Translations under genes and position numbers: made by a program | Source of the DNA: a virus | Length of the DNA stretch: 64,000 bases | IMG/VR virus record: IMGVR_UViG_3300037070_001066 | Coordinates: 32,001 to 96,000 of that record | Strand: one strand, 5' to 3' | Shown: positions 9,087 through 18,753 of the stretch, piece by piece | Layout: every line of letters begins with the position of its first letter | Numbering within the stretch: position 1 is the first letter of the stretch | The notes under the pieces: generated by a model | The model's database searches: none | What the model was told of the DNA's origin: nothing | What the model saw: the letters and a program-made list of their open reading frames with translations, nothing else

Positions 9087-9965
9087 ATGGTAATAAACAT
9101 TAATTCAAAAAAGAAAGTAGGAGATGTTCTATTATCAGTTGCATTAAGAACTGGTAAATATGTTCCAATGATTAGAAGCAGACATCCTTCTCATGCAGGT
9201 TTAAGAAGAGCTTTACCTAAACTTCCGTTTAGAAGTGTCATCAGACTAGGCTCTCTGACTGTATTAGAGGACGATAGCAGCAAGAAAGGGAACAGGGTGG
9301 AACTGAACAGTGCATTGGCTATAAAGAATAGCTCTAGCAAGCTTAAAATGAAGCAATGTTTTACTCAAGGAGGCGTTAAAACAGCTGAATGGATATATTC
9401 TACAAGTGAGAATGATATCATAAATTGGCTGAAGGAATATCCAATTGTGGCTAAAAGCCATATGGGTTCTCGCGGAAGAGGAAATACATTGTTGAAAACT
9501 GAAGCTGAAGTAAGAGCTTTTATTAGAAGCAAGGATCTTTCACATTACATTTTTGAAAAGTATTATAACTACAACAAGGAGTATAGATTGCATGTCAGTG
9601 CTGACGGTTGCTTTTATGCTTGTAGAAAAATGCTTAAGAATGAATTTAAAGATCATCCTAATGCGTGGCAAAGACATGATGACAATTGTTCTTGGATACT
9701 TGAAGAGAATGAAATGTTTGACAAACCTACAAATTGGGCTAATATAATTGATCATTGCGTTAAAGCATTGATTAGTTGTGGTCTTGATTTTGGAGCATGT
9801 GATTTGAGAGTTCAAAACAATATTGATAAAGAAGGAGTTAGAAGACTTCAACCTGACTTCATTGTTGTAGAGATTAATTCTGCGCCATCATTTGGTAAAG
9901 TTACTCTTGAAAAATACAAAGAAGTATTACCTCAACTTTTAGTTAAAAAACATGAAAATCGTTAA
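9087..9965 (+). CDS. ATP-grasp ligase (RimK/glutathione synthetase-like)
   Basis: PIVAK..GSRGRG, FEKY, EYRLHV, LDFGACD, VEINSAPS. Confidence 0.9.
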   Translation: MVININSKKKVGDVLLSVALRTGKYVPMIRSRHPSHAGLRRALPKLPFRSVIRLGSLTVLEDDSSKKGNRVELNSALAIKNSSSKLKMKQCFTQGGVKTAEWIYSTSENDIINWLKEYPIVAKSHMGSRGRGNTLLKTEAEVRAFIRSKDLSHYIFEKYYNYNKEYRLHVSADGCFYACRKMLKNEFKDHPNAWQRHDDNCSWILEENEMFDKPTNWANIIDHCVKALISCGLDFGACDLRVQNNIDKEGVRRLQPDFIVVEINSAPSFGKVTLEKYKEVLPQLLVKKHENR

Positions 9966-10173
9966 AAAAGGAGATGAACCAACTTTTGTTCCTATAACCT
10001 TATATATTACTATAGAGAGCAAAGAGGAGCAAGAGACGTTATTATCATTATTTAAAACAATAACTTCTCATGAGTTAACAACAATTGCTTTAAAGAATAC
10101 AAAAGAACATCTTAACCAAAAGGTTATTAGCACATTTATAGGAGGTTTTTATAATTCATTATTAGATAAATAA
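9952..10173 (+). CDS. hypothetical protein
   Basis: 73-aa ORF overlapping the ATP-grasp stop. Confidence 0.6.
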   Translation: MKIVKKGDEPTFVPITLYITIESKEEQETLLSLFKTITSHELTTIALKNTKEHLNQKVISTFIGGFYNSLLDK

Positions 10174-10180
10174 AAAAAAC

Positions 10181-10921
10181 ATGAAAAAAATAATTGGAGT
10201 TTATGCTGATGTAGCAAATGGTAGAGTTGGTCAAACAGCTCCGTATATGCAATTCTTAGGTCAATTTGGTAATGTACGTTTAATACTACCTACTGACAAT
10301 TTAAGAGAGGTTGCAAAAAGTATTGATATGTTAGTATTGCCTGGAGGTTCTGATATAAATTCTGCCAAATATAATCAAGCGCCAGATATTATGACAGGAC
10401 GTCCTAATATGCATTTTGATTATTTAGATGCTAATCTGTTGCCTTTGGTAATTGAGATGAAGAAACCTATTTTAGGTATTTGTCGAGGTATGCAAGCATT
10501 AAATGTTCACTTTGGTGGTACATTAAATCAGCATGTTATTGGTCATCACCAAGGAGACAATCGTGCTGCTACAAAGCAAGAAATTCAATTTGAAGACGGA
10601 AAGAAACCGCATATGATTAACTCTATGCACCATCAATCTGTTAACATTTTAGGAGATGGTTTTGAAATTGTAGCTTATAGCCAATGTTATCAAGGATGTT
10701 ATTCTGAAAAGAAACATGTTAGAAACTGGTATTTTGTTGATGACAAGAAGAAGAAAGAATTCTTTGAATGTATTGTCATCATTGAGATGATTAAGCACAA
10801 AAATCTTCCTATTGTTGGAGTTCAATGGCATCCAGAGGAGTTCAATTGTAAAGTTACAGTTGATTGTATTAACACTTTATTAAAAGAATATGAAGAAAAA
10901 GTTAGCAGTCCTAGTAAATGA
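10181..10921 (+). CDS. class I glutamine amidotransferase / peptidase C26 (PuuD-like gamma-glutamyl hydrolase)
   Basis: LPGGSD, GICRGMQ nucleophile elbow, NSMHHQ, GVQWHPE catalytic triad. Confidence 0.92.
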   Translation: MKKIIGVYADVANGRVGQTAPYMQFLGQFGNVRLILPTDNLREVAKSIDMLVLPGGSDINSAKYNQAPDIMTGRPNMHFDYLDANLLPLVIEMKKPILGICRGMQALNVHFGGTLNQHVIGHHQGDNRAATKQEIQFEDGKKPHMINSMHHQSVNILGDGFEIVAYSQCYQGCYSEKKHVRNWYFVDDKKKKEFFECIVIIEMIKHKNLPIVGVQWHPEEFNCKVTVDCINTLLKEYEEKVSSPSK

Positions 10922-11570
10922 TTCAGCAGATTATGAATCTTATGTTGCGTTCCTTAAACTAAAATATGATATTGAGCTTGTAAAGCTTTCTTCTATTGCA
11001 AAGAAAGAAACGATTCCTGAGATTGATTTAATGTTGTTTACTGGAGGAGAAGATGTTGATCCAGCTTATTACAATGAGAAACCTGGAAAAAGAACATTCT
11101 ATAATCCTTCAAGAGACAATGATGAATCTAAAATGTTTAGAATGCTAAATCAAAAGATTCCAAAACTTGGAATTTGTAGAGGAAGTCAATTCTTAACTGT
11201 AATGAGTGGTGGTAAATTAATACAACATGTGGAAAATCATGGTATTGGTGGAACTCATTCAATTACATTTGATTATATTCATAATCATAAAATGCAGATT
11301 ACGTCAACGCATCACCAAATGATGTATCCTTTTGATTTATCAAAGAAAGAATATATACTTTGTGCTTATGCAACCAACTATTTAAGTCCTATATACTTAA
11401 ATGGTAATGACAGAAACATTGAAGTGCCTGAAGAATTCTTGGAGCCAGAGATTGTATTCTATCCTAGAAGTAATTCTTTAGCAATTCAAGGTCATCCTGA
11501 ATCTGGTATTATGTCAGATGATGGAAAAATGTTTATATTGAACTATATAGACAATGTATTAAAGCTTTAA
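10890..11570 (+). CDS. class I glutamine amidotransferase / peptidase C26 (second copy)
   Basis: FTGGEDV.P..Y, GICRGSQ, TSTHHQMM, IQGHPE. Confidence 0.92.
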   Translation: MKKKLAVLVNDSADYESYVAFLKLKYDIELVKLSSIAKKETIPEIDLMLFTGGEDVDPAYYNEKPGKRTFYNPSRDNDESKMFRMLNQKIPKLGICRGSQFLTVMSGGKLIQHVENHGIGGTHSITFDYIHNHKMQITSTHHQMMYPFDLSKKEYILCAYATNYLSPIYLNGNDRNIEVPEEFLEPEIVFYPRSNSLAIQGHPESGIMSDDGKMFILNYIDNVLKL

Positions 11571-11595
11571 CATTAAACCTTTAAATTATAAAAAC

Positions 11596-12414
11596 ATGGA
11601 AAAAATTGTAGAAAACAAGCATGGAGTTACCTTAGGTAGTGATCCTGAGATTTTTATATGTAATGCTGAAGAGATCGTCTCAGCAGAAGGTTTAACAGGT
11701 GGAACGAAACACGATCCCGTTCCAATTAGCGAGGAAGGACATATGATTCAAGAAGATGGTATTGCTCTCGAGTATAACATACCAGCTTGCTCCACAGTAG
11801 AGGAGTTTATTGCTCATCATGAATTTGTTCAAGACTATTTTAAAGTTTTAATCGCCGCTCATGGTTATGAGTTTAGCAAAGAAAGAAGTGCGGATATTAA
11901 TCCAATCTTCTTGCAAACTGAGCAAGCTCAAACATTTGGGTGTGAACCTGATTATAACGTTTATACTAGAAGCGAGAACGAAGCTCCTGAATCAGGACAG
12001 AATTTAAGATGTGTTGGAGGTCATATTCACATTGGATATCCAGATCCAGACCAAGACGTTACTGAGAAAATTGTAATGATGTTTGACATGTTTGCAACCT
12101 TGCCATCTCTATTTAAAGACAATGATACGCGTCGTAGAGAATTGTATGGTAAAGCCGGTAGTTTTAGGTTTAAGATTTTTGGATTAGAATGTAGAGCATT
12201 GTCTAACTTTTGGATTCATACAAGAGAAGACATGACTTGGGTATGGAATCAAACAATGAGAGCTGTTAATTGTGTTCTTGACGGAGAGTCTGATGCTTTA
12301 ATTGAAAAGTATTCTTCTGATGTTAGAAATGCAATTAATACTGCTGATTTAAAATTAGCAGCTGAATTGATGATCATGATTGATCATGAAGTACAAAAAG
12401 AAGTGGTAGAATAG
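11596..12414 (+). CDS. phiEco32-like COOH-NH2 ligase type 2
   Basis: LGSDPE.F, GGTK..P, QEDG...E.N, FGCEPDYN, R..GGHIH.G, RRELYGKAG..R.K..G.E.R..SNFW. Confidence 0.9.
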   Translation: MEKIVENKHGVTLGSDPEIFICNAEEIVSAEGLTGGTKHDPVPISEEGHMIQEDGIALEYNIPACSTVEEFIAHHEFVQDYFKVLIAAHGYEFSKERSADINPIFLQTEQAQTFGCEPDYNVYTRSENEAPESGQNLRCVGGHIHIGYPDPDQDVTEKIVMMFDMFATLPSLFKDNDTRRRELYGKAGSFRFKIFGLECRALSNFWIHTREDMTWVWNQTMRAVNCVLDGESDALIEKYSSDVRNAINTADLKLAAELMIMIDHEVQKEVVE

Positions 12415-12435
12415 ACAAACAAACAAGACTAAATA

Positions 12436-14403
12436 ATGGAAATAAAAATTTTATTACTACTATTATTAGCACATTATATACTCTTCTTTCTATTTAGAGG
12501 GAAGGGTGATGTGCTCGCTTGCGGTATATTTGGATGGTCTGGAAGCAGAACTACAAGATTTAACAAGCAAAAATTTGATATTCTAGGACTTTTTAACAAT
12601 TCAAGAGGTGGAGATTCATGTGGAGTGTCTACAGATGGAGAAATCTATTATGGTACACTTTTAAACAAAAGTTATGATGACTTTGTTGTTAACAAGAATT
12701 ATCTTTCTCCTGTAAGAATTCCTGTTGTTATTGGACATTCTCGTAAAGCAAGTGTTGGAGCTGTAAGTGAAACAAATGCTCATCCATTTGGATTTGGAGA
12801 TTTAGGAGAAGGTCATGCTTTTATTGGGTGTCATAATGGTACTTTAAGCAATTATGAGGAACTTGGTAAAAAATATGAAGTCGAAACTTCTGTCTACAGT
12901 GAAAGAAATATGTTCCTAAGGACTAAAGTAGATTCTGAAATACTATTGGAGATACTATATAAAACTAAAGATACGGAAGTATTACAAGAATATATAGGAG
13001 GAGCTGCTTTATTATTCCAAAATTTAGAAGAACCTAACACATTATTTGCATTTCATGGAGCTTCTAAAAAAGAAGTTGGAGATAGAGGTGAAACTTTATA
13101 CGAAGAAAGACCTTTATATTACTATCAAGAAGCAAAAGATTCAGTTTACATTTCTTCAATAGAAGAAGCTTTAATATTCATAGGTGGAGAAAAAGACAAA
13201 ACTGTTTTTGAATTTGATCACAATCTTTTGTACAAAATCAAAGATGGAAATGTTGATAAAGCTGTAACTTATGAAGTGGACAGGAGAGGAGCTGGCCAAA
13301 AGAAACCCTATGGGGGTGCGGGTTTTTGCATGGGTGGGACGGCTACTGGGACTAATACTGCCAGAAACCACGGTCCTGCCAAAAGGGGAAAGCGAAAAGA
13401 AAGAAGTAAATCTAGACGGTTCAAACAAATAGCAAATGTCGCAAATATATACGATGAAACTGTTATTGAGGGAGACTTTAAATCTGCAATATATTATAAC
13501 AAATTAAGATATTGGAGAAATGGTCACTTAATAGATGGTGTTTTCACATATATTAAAGGATTTGGTTTGTATAAGATCGGAGATCAAGCTTCTGATTCAA
13601 ATAATAAATTGTATCAATTGATGGGAGAACACTTTAGTCTTGAAGATGGTATGTTTTTAGATACTGTTTATTTAGAACAAAGACTCGCTCTTGATGAAAC
13701 TATATTTGTACCATTTGAATTTAGTACAAAGGAACCACCTGTATTCTTCTTTCATAATGGAATCATGCTAGAAACAATGCATGACTTTGCTGCATTAAAT
13801 GGAGAGTATGCAAGTAAATTTTCCTTTGAACATTTATCGCAAATGTCTAAATACCCTATCTGTAGAATGCGCAAGAATCGGCCAGACAATAACAGACAAG
13901 AAATACTTTATAATGGTCAGCCTTATACCAATAATTTTATACCTTTGCAATGTAATAATTGCTACAATATTGAAAATGGTAATTTAATCAATATAGATAG
14001 GTTAGAAGAAATTGTTGTGAAAGAAGCTGAAATTTGTTGTTCTGTTAAGATTCCTTCTACTAATGAGGTGATACAGTTGCCCATGGAATTTGATGCTCCA
14101 ATTATGGGGCCGAATAGTTTGATCAATGCATATCATCCTGCTAGACCAACTGTTGAATTTCTGGATGAAGATCCTCCTATTGAAGATTATTTCCAAAAAA
14201 AGGGAGATGATGAAAAGGTTTTGAGCATCATTAATAAGCACATTATGCCAGTTTACACACAATTGCAAACTTGTAATGAGGATCTTAAAAATGAAGAAGA
14301 TGAAACTATTCAAGAGCTTATTGACTTAAACAAGGATTACTTATTGAGTGTTGACTGTATTGTTGAATCAAAATCCAAAGAAAATGAAGGAGAAGCTAGT
14401 TAA
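12436..14403 (+). CDS. class II (Ntn) glutamine amidotransferase with hydrophobic leader and long C-terminal extension
   Basis: CGIFG at aa 29, RGGDSCG, GHSRKAS, NAHPF, HNGTL, VDSE. Confidence 0.9.
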   Translation: MEIKILLLLLLAHYILFFLFRGKGDVLACGIFGWSGSRTTRFNKQKFDILGLFNNSRGGDSCGVSTDGEIYYGTLLNKSYDDFVVNKNYLSPVRIPVVIGHSRKASVGAVSETNAHPFGFGDLGEGHAFIGCHNGTLSNYEELGKKYEVETSVYSERNMFLRTKVDSEILLEILYKTKDTEVLQEYIGGAALLFQNLEEPNTLFAFHGASKKEVGDRGETLYEERPLYYYQEAKDSVYISSIEEALIFIGGEKDKTVFEFDHNLLYKIKDGNVDKAVTYEVDRRGAGQKKPYGGAGFCMGGTATGTNTARNHGPAKRGKRKERSKSRRFKQIANVANIYDETVIEGDFKSAIYYNKLRYWRNGHLIDGVFTYIKGFGLYKIGDQASDSNNKLYQLMGEHFSLEDGMFLDTVYLEQRLALDETIFVPFEFSTKEPPVFFFHNGIMLETMHDFAALNGEYASKFSFEHLSQMSKYPICRMRKNRPDNNRQEILYNGQPYTNNFIPLQCNNCYNIENGNLINIDRLEEIVVKEAEICCSVKIPSTNEVIQLPMEFDAPIMGPNSLINAYHPARPTVEFLDEDPPIEDYFQKKGDDEKVLSIINKHIMPVYTQLQTCNEDLKNEEDETIQELIDLNKDYLLSVDCIVESKSKENEGEAS

Positions 14404-16396
14404 AACAATTAAAGGAGAAGATCGTAATGAGAAAGACTGTAGACTTATTGATGGACAATACTATTATATAGGGGACATCCATAGAGAAAACTCTGGAGAT
14501 ATATATCTAATTAACAATAGATATATAAGAGCGTCTACTGAAAGAATCGTATTCGATCATTTTGAAGGTGAGTATAAGTTGAAAAATAGCAGTTTAACTC
14601 ATGGTATAATTGATATTGAAGACGGAACTCCTGTATTTGGTTATTTCTCTAAAAATGATCTTTATAACGTAAAGGTTATAGTTAAGGATTTGAGCGAAAG
14701 AGTTGCAATTTCAGCAAATGTACTTGGATATGAATTCAGAGAAAGAAGATCTGATGGAGTGTTCTATCACATTTCCCTTTTAGATGCTAATAAGTTTAAC
14801 CTGCTTAGAGGTATTTCAAGAGAAATAAAAGAAAGCTTTCCTTATGATTCTAAAGGGTCTATTGCTAAAATTACAAAAACATTTGAGTCTAATTACAAAC
14901 CTGTTATTTGTAGAAATGCAGAAATTGTAGGTAAAACTTTAAAGGATTATACATTTGGATTAGAGTTTGAAACATGTGCTGGAATAATACCTAATAATAA
15001 ATTAGTATACTTGCCATTAATACCATTGAGAGATGGTTCAATTAGCGGTATAGAATATGCTACAATTCCATTAAAAGGTCCAGTAGGAGTTCAAGCATTA
15101 ATTGATTCTGTAGATGAATTGAAAAGAAGAACATCCTATAGTGATGAATGCTCTTTACATATACATGTTGGTGGTATGCCAAGAACGACTGAGTATATAT
15201 TAGCATTCTACAAGACTATATCATTGTTGCAAAATGACATATTTTCAATGTTCCCGCTTTACAAGAAATATAATTTTGGCGTTAAACGTAAAAACTATAG
15301 CGCGCCATTTCCATTTGAAGAGATTAACTTTAGAATGGATCCGATCATAAATTATAATGATAAAAAGCAGGTTAATAAGAATTTTGATCATTTGTTCACA
15401 TATTTATCTGGAGGTGTAACTTTCGCAGAATATGGTAATGATTTAAGTCAAGTACTTGTACATCCTCAAGATCCTCAAGGAGCTGCTAAATGGAATATTA
15501 AGCATAGATATTCTTTTGTAAACTTAATTCCTTTAATATTTGGAAATCATCAAACTATTGAATTTAGAATTCATACACCAACGTATGATATAAATAAAAT
15601 ATTGGATTTCTTGATGTTGAATATTTATATAATTGATTATGTTAACATAAACTATAAATTGATTCTTGCAGGCAAAGATACTTTATCTATCATGAGACCA
15701 AGCTTGCAGTTTATGTTAAATGATTATGTAAATAACATTGAAGGAAGTAGTAGAAAAACTATATTTAATGAGTTAAATCGTTATATTAGTGAAAGAAAAC
15801 ATGCTTCTGAAGACATTGCAAGAACAAAAGGTGTTGTTTACCAAGAAGAAGACTTAAGACTTCCTAAAGGTTTAGGATTTAATACCTACAAATACCATAG
15901 ATCAAATGGATCTTATTTTTCAGCTTCATATCTTGAAGATATTCTATACGAAAGTAGTCTGAGTAGCTTTGACAGCCCTTTTGCTGAGGCTTCTATTAAA
16001 TTCGAAGATGTAAATCCTTCTGCTAAATTAAAACTTCGCAGTGATGTTGGAGTTTCTCCTAAAAGGAGGCCAAGAGATTTAGCTAGAGAGAAAGAAGTTT
16101 TAGAATCTTCAAGAAAAGCTCTTGAACAGATACAAGCATCTGAAAAAGAACGTTTAGATAAGGGGTTAGGTGGAGGTTTATATGAGCAAATGAGACAAGC
16201 TGCTGAAATTAGATATTCTCTTAAAGACAATGGAACTAGGCCTGTAATTTCAGATCCTGGAACTTTATCTGGACTTGGTGTATCTACTTTTGGAACTAGC
16301 GGCTCTGTTCAAGTTAAAGAAAGTTCTTATGATTGGACTCTTAAGGCTTCTAAGTCTAATGATGATTGGGAAGAATCTATACATAAACCAGAATAG
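14348..16396 (+). CDS. putative amidoligase (COOH-NH2 ligase superfamily); likely start ATG 14384
   Basis: FGLEFET, RDGSI.G.EY, CSLHIHVG, RY..VN, TIEFR.H. Confidence 0.85.
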   Translation: MLTVLLNQNPKKMKEKLVKTIKGEDRNEKDCRLIDGQYYYIGDIHRENSGDIYLINNRYIRASTERIVFDHFEGEYKLKNSSLTHGIIDIEDGTPVFGYFSKNDLYNVKVIVKDLSERVAISANVLGYEFRERRSDGVFYHISLLDANKFNLLRGISREIKESFPYDSKGSIAKITKTFESNYKPVICRNAEIVGKTLKDYTFGLEFETCAGIIPNNKLVYLPLIPLRDGSISGIEYATIPLKGPVGVQALIDSVDELKRRTSYSDECSLHIHVGGMPRTTEYILAFYKTISLLQNDIFSMFPLYKKYNFGVKRKNYSAPFPFEEINFRMDPIINYNDKKQVNKNFDHLFTYLSGGVTFAEYGNDLSQVLVHPQDPQGAAKWNIKHRYSFVNLIPLIFGNHQTIEFRIHTPTYDINKILDFLMLNIYIIDYVNINYKLILAGKDTLSIMRPSLQFMLNDYVNNIEGSSRKTIFNELNRYISERKHASEDIARTKGVVYQEEDLRLPKGLGFNTYKYHRSNGSYFSASYLEDILYESSLSSFDSPFAEASIKFEDVNPSAKLKLRSDVGVSPKRRPRDLAREKEVLESSRKALEQIQASEKERLDKGLGGGLYEQMRQAAEIRYSLKDNGTRPVISDPGTLSGLGVSTFGTSGSVQVKESSYDWTLKASKSNDDWEESIHKPE

Positions 16397-16398
16397 AC

Positions 16399-17097
16399 AT
16401 GAAGGTAATCTATTACAAAGAAGATAGTAGCTTTAATTTGGCTGTTGATTATGGTAAAATGATTGGTAATGGTTGGTCTAGAAGATTGAAAGAATATCTT
16501 CACAGTAAGGATATGCAAGATACTATGTATGAAGTTTCTAAATTATACACTAACAAGCATTTAGCTATGTTTCCTGCAAAGGATCAAATTTTCGCTTCAT
16601 TAGGTAAAATGGATCTTACTGAGATTAATGTTGCCATAATAAATTGTAATCCTACGTTTAATTATAGAAGTAATGGCGTTGCCTTTTCTAATACATCTAA
16701 GCACAGAGGAGATATCGACCTTCAATTGTCTAACTTATTTGATAAGATAAACATCTATGAAAGAAGAACATCTTCTGCTGAGGATTACACTTTAGACCAT
16801 TGGATAGAACAAAGTGTGTTTTTATTCAATGTATCATTAACTGGATTCACTAGTTATAACCAACGTTCTTTATGGTTTGGATTCTCAAGAGCTGTTATTG
16901 AGACCATTAGTAGATGTAGGCAAGGATTAGTTTTCTTATTTATAGGTACAGAAGAACAATGCAAGCTTTACAGCGAAAAAGTCGACCAACGAAAACATAC
17001 GATTTTAAGACACGATACACTTAGCTATGACGCGCTAAATGAAGTCAACCTTGAAATCGATAGTATAGATGGTAAAGATTATAGAATTAAATGGTGA
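16399..17097 (+). CDS. uracil-DNA glycosylase family 1-like protein with degenerate catalytic motifs
   Basis: FP.KDQIF, NG.AFS, L.HW..Q.VFL.N..LT, W..F, LVFL..G; GQDPY replaced by NCNPT; HPSP absent. Confidence 0.75.
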   Translation: MKVIYYKEDSSFNLAVDYGKMIGNGWSRRLKEYLHSKDMQDTMYEVSKLYTNKHLAMFPAKDQIFASLGKMDLTEINVAIINCNPTFNYRSNGVAFSNTSKHRGDIDLQLSNLFDKINIYERRTSSAEDYTLDHWIEQSVFLFNVSLTGFTSYNQRSLWFGFSRAVIETISRCRQGLVFLFIGTEEQCKLYSEKVDQRKHTILRHDTLSYDALNEVNLEIDSIDGKDYRIKW

Positions 17098-17536
17098 AGA
17101 CTTCCTATTTATACAAGGGAATGTCCCGTCACTTAAAAATGCCAAGATAAAGACTACAAGAGGTATATTCTCATCGAAAACGGTGCAGAATTACCTTAGG
17201 TCTCTTGGTATCCAAAGATACTCTTCAAGTAAAAAGATCGTAGTAAAGTATGCACGCAAGGATAATGAATTCCAGAAGTGTTCAGCTTATTTCGATAAAT
17301 ACCTTGTTGAAGTTCCTCACGAAGTTGGGTTTCATTTCATTAGAGGTTCTAAGCACAGATTCGATTTCAATAATGCTTCACAGATACTAGCAGATTTAAT
17401 GACTGCTCATGACTTCATAGAAGATGATGATATGGATAATTTCCTTCCATATCCAATGAAAATCGATGGAAAAGCTTATTCCTACGATAAAGAGAATCCT
17501 GGAGTATTAATTAAAATACTTAATAAAAATGGATAA
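17069..17536 (+). CDS. RusA-like Holliday junction resolvase
   Basis: GNVPSLKN, RGSKHRFDFNN, DLM....IEDDD, DKENPGV.I. Confidence 0.7.
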   Translation: MVKIIELNGEDFLFIQGNVPSLKNAKIKTTRGIFSSKTVQNYLRSLGIQRYSSSKKIVVKYARKDNEFQKCSAYFDKYLVEVPHEVGFHFIRGSKHRFDFNNASQILADLMTAHDFIEDDDMDNFLPYPMKIDGKAYSYDKENPGVLIKILNKNG

Positions 17537-17777
17537 AACTATATCAAACATCAAAAGCCTAGCTTTATCTGTACTTAATTATGATGAATATGTCACATTT
17601 ATGTCTTATATCTATAATGGTGAATACAATCTAGCTAGGTTGTTTTTAAAAAGCTATTATCATCACGATGATGCTGAAAACCATAATAGATTAGAAGACA
17701 TTCTGATCGATTTAATCATGAAGAAGGAAGATGAAGGAGGAGATGAAAGTGAACAAGCTAACAGAGATTCTGGATAG
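17529..17777 (+). CDS. hypothetical protein
   Basis: 82-aa ORF overlapping its neighbours. Confidence 0.6.
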   Translation: MDKTISNIKSLALSVLNYDEYVTFMSYIYNGEYNLARLFLKSYYHHDDAENHNRLEDILIDLIMKKEDEGGDESEQANRDSG

Positions 17778-18753
17778 CAGTGAAACCATAGATTTATTTG
17801 TGTCCTATAGTAAATTATCTGATTTTGATCGAAATGGCCCTAGTTGCTTAGTCCACAAGACCAGTGGAGGTAAAGAAGCGGTTAAGCTTGGATCTTTAGT
17901 AGATGACTTGCTGTTTTTAGACAAATCAGCATTTGATGAAAAGTATTATCTATATGATGGTGACAAGCCATCAGCCACATTAGGATTGTTATGTGATGTT
18001 ATAACCAACAACTACATGGAGATACCTTCTAAAGAAGATGTCATCAAGATTGGTGTTACAAACAATTTCTGGACAAACATTAAAAAACCTGAATTATATT
18101 TAGCAAAATTCAATGTCCCAGAATTCTGGGATTATTTAGATACCATGTTTAAAGTTAGCAATAGAACCATTATAACATCGTCTGAACTTAACACAGCAAC
18201 AGATCTCGCTGAGATCCTTCGAACTCATCCGTATTCAAAGAGTATTCTTGACAATGAACTCGATAACTATTACCAAGTTAAATTCCAATACGATTATAAT
18301 GGTTTTAAAGTTAGGGGAATTATTGATATTTTAAGTGTAGACCATAAGAGTAAAAAAGTCGTTATGACTGACTTGAAAACTGGAAAAGGGTCTTCTACAG
18401 AATTTGAAGAGAGCTTCGTTAAATGGAGATACTACTTTCAAGCCGCACTATATGTGAAAGCATTCCAAGAGATTTGTGATGCATTGGAGCTTAAAGATTA
18501 TACTCTAGAACCTTTTCAATTTCTATATATTTCTAGATCAGACAAAACACCTTTATTATTTATCACCACAGACAAATGGATTAAAGCCGCTTGGAAAGGG
18601 TTCCGTATTAGTAAATACATATATAAAGGGATCGACGAGATATTAGAAGAAATATACTGGTGTTGGAAGAACAAAGAATACATTATTCCAAAACGTGTAG
18701 CAGAAGCTAACGGAGTTGTTGAACTTAAAGATAATTTTATTGAAGTTGACTAG
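17731..18753 (+). CDS. PD-(D/E)XK exonuclease (RecB/ExoVIII-like)
   Basis: SYS.L, GS.VD, RGIID, DLKT, Y..QAA.Y. Confidence 0.85.
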   Translation: MKEEMKVNKLTEILDSSETIDLFVSYSKLSDFDRNGPSCLVHKTSGGKEAVKLGSLVDDLLFLDKSAFDEKYYLYDGDKPSATLGLLCDVITNNYMEIPSKEDVIKIGVTNNFWTNIKKPELYLAKFNVPEFWDYLDTMFKVSNRTIITSSELNTATDLAEILRTHPYSKSILDNELDNYYQVKFQYDYNGFKVRGIIDILSVDHKSKKVVMTDLKTGKGSSTEFEESFVKWRYYFQAALYVKAFQEICDALELKDYTLEPFQFLYISRSDKTPLLFITTDKWIKAAWKGFRISKYIYKGIDEILEEIYWCWKNKEYIIPKRVAEANGVVELKDNFIEVD

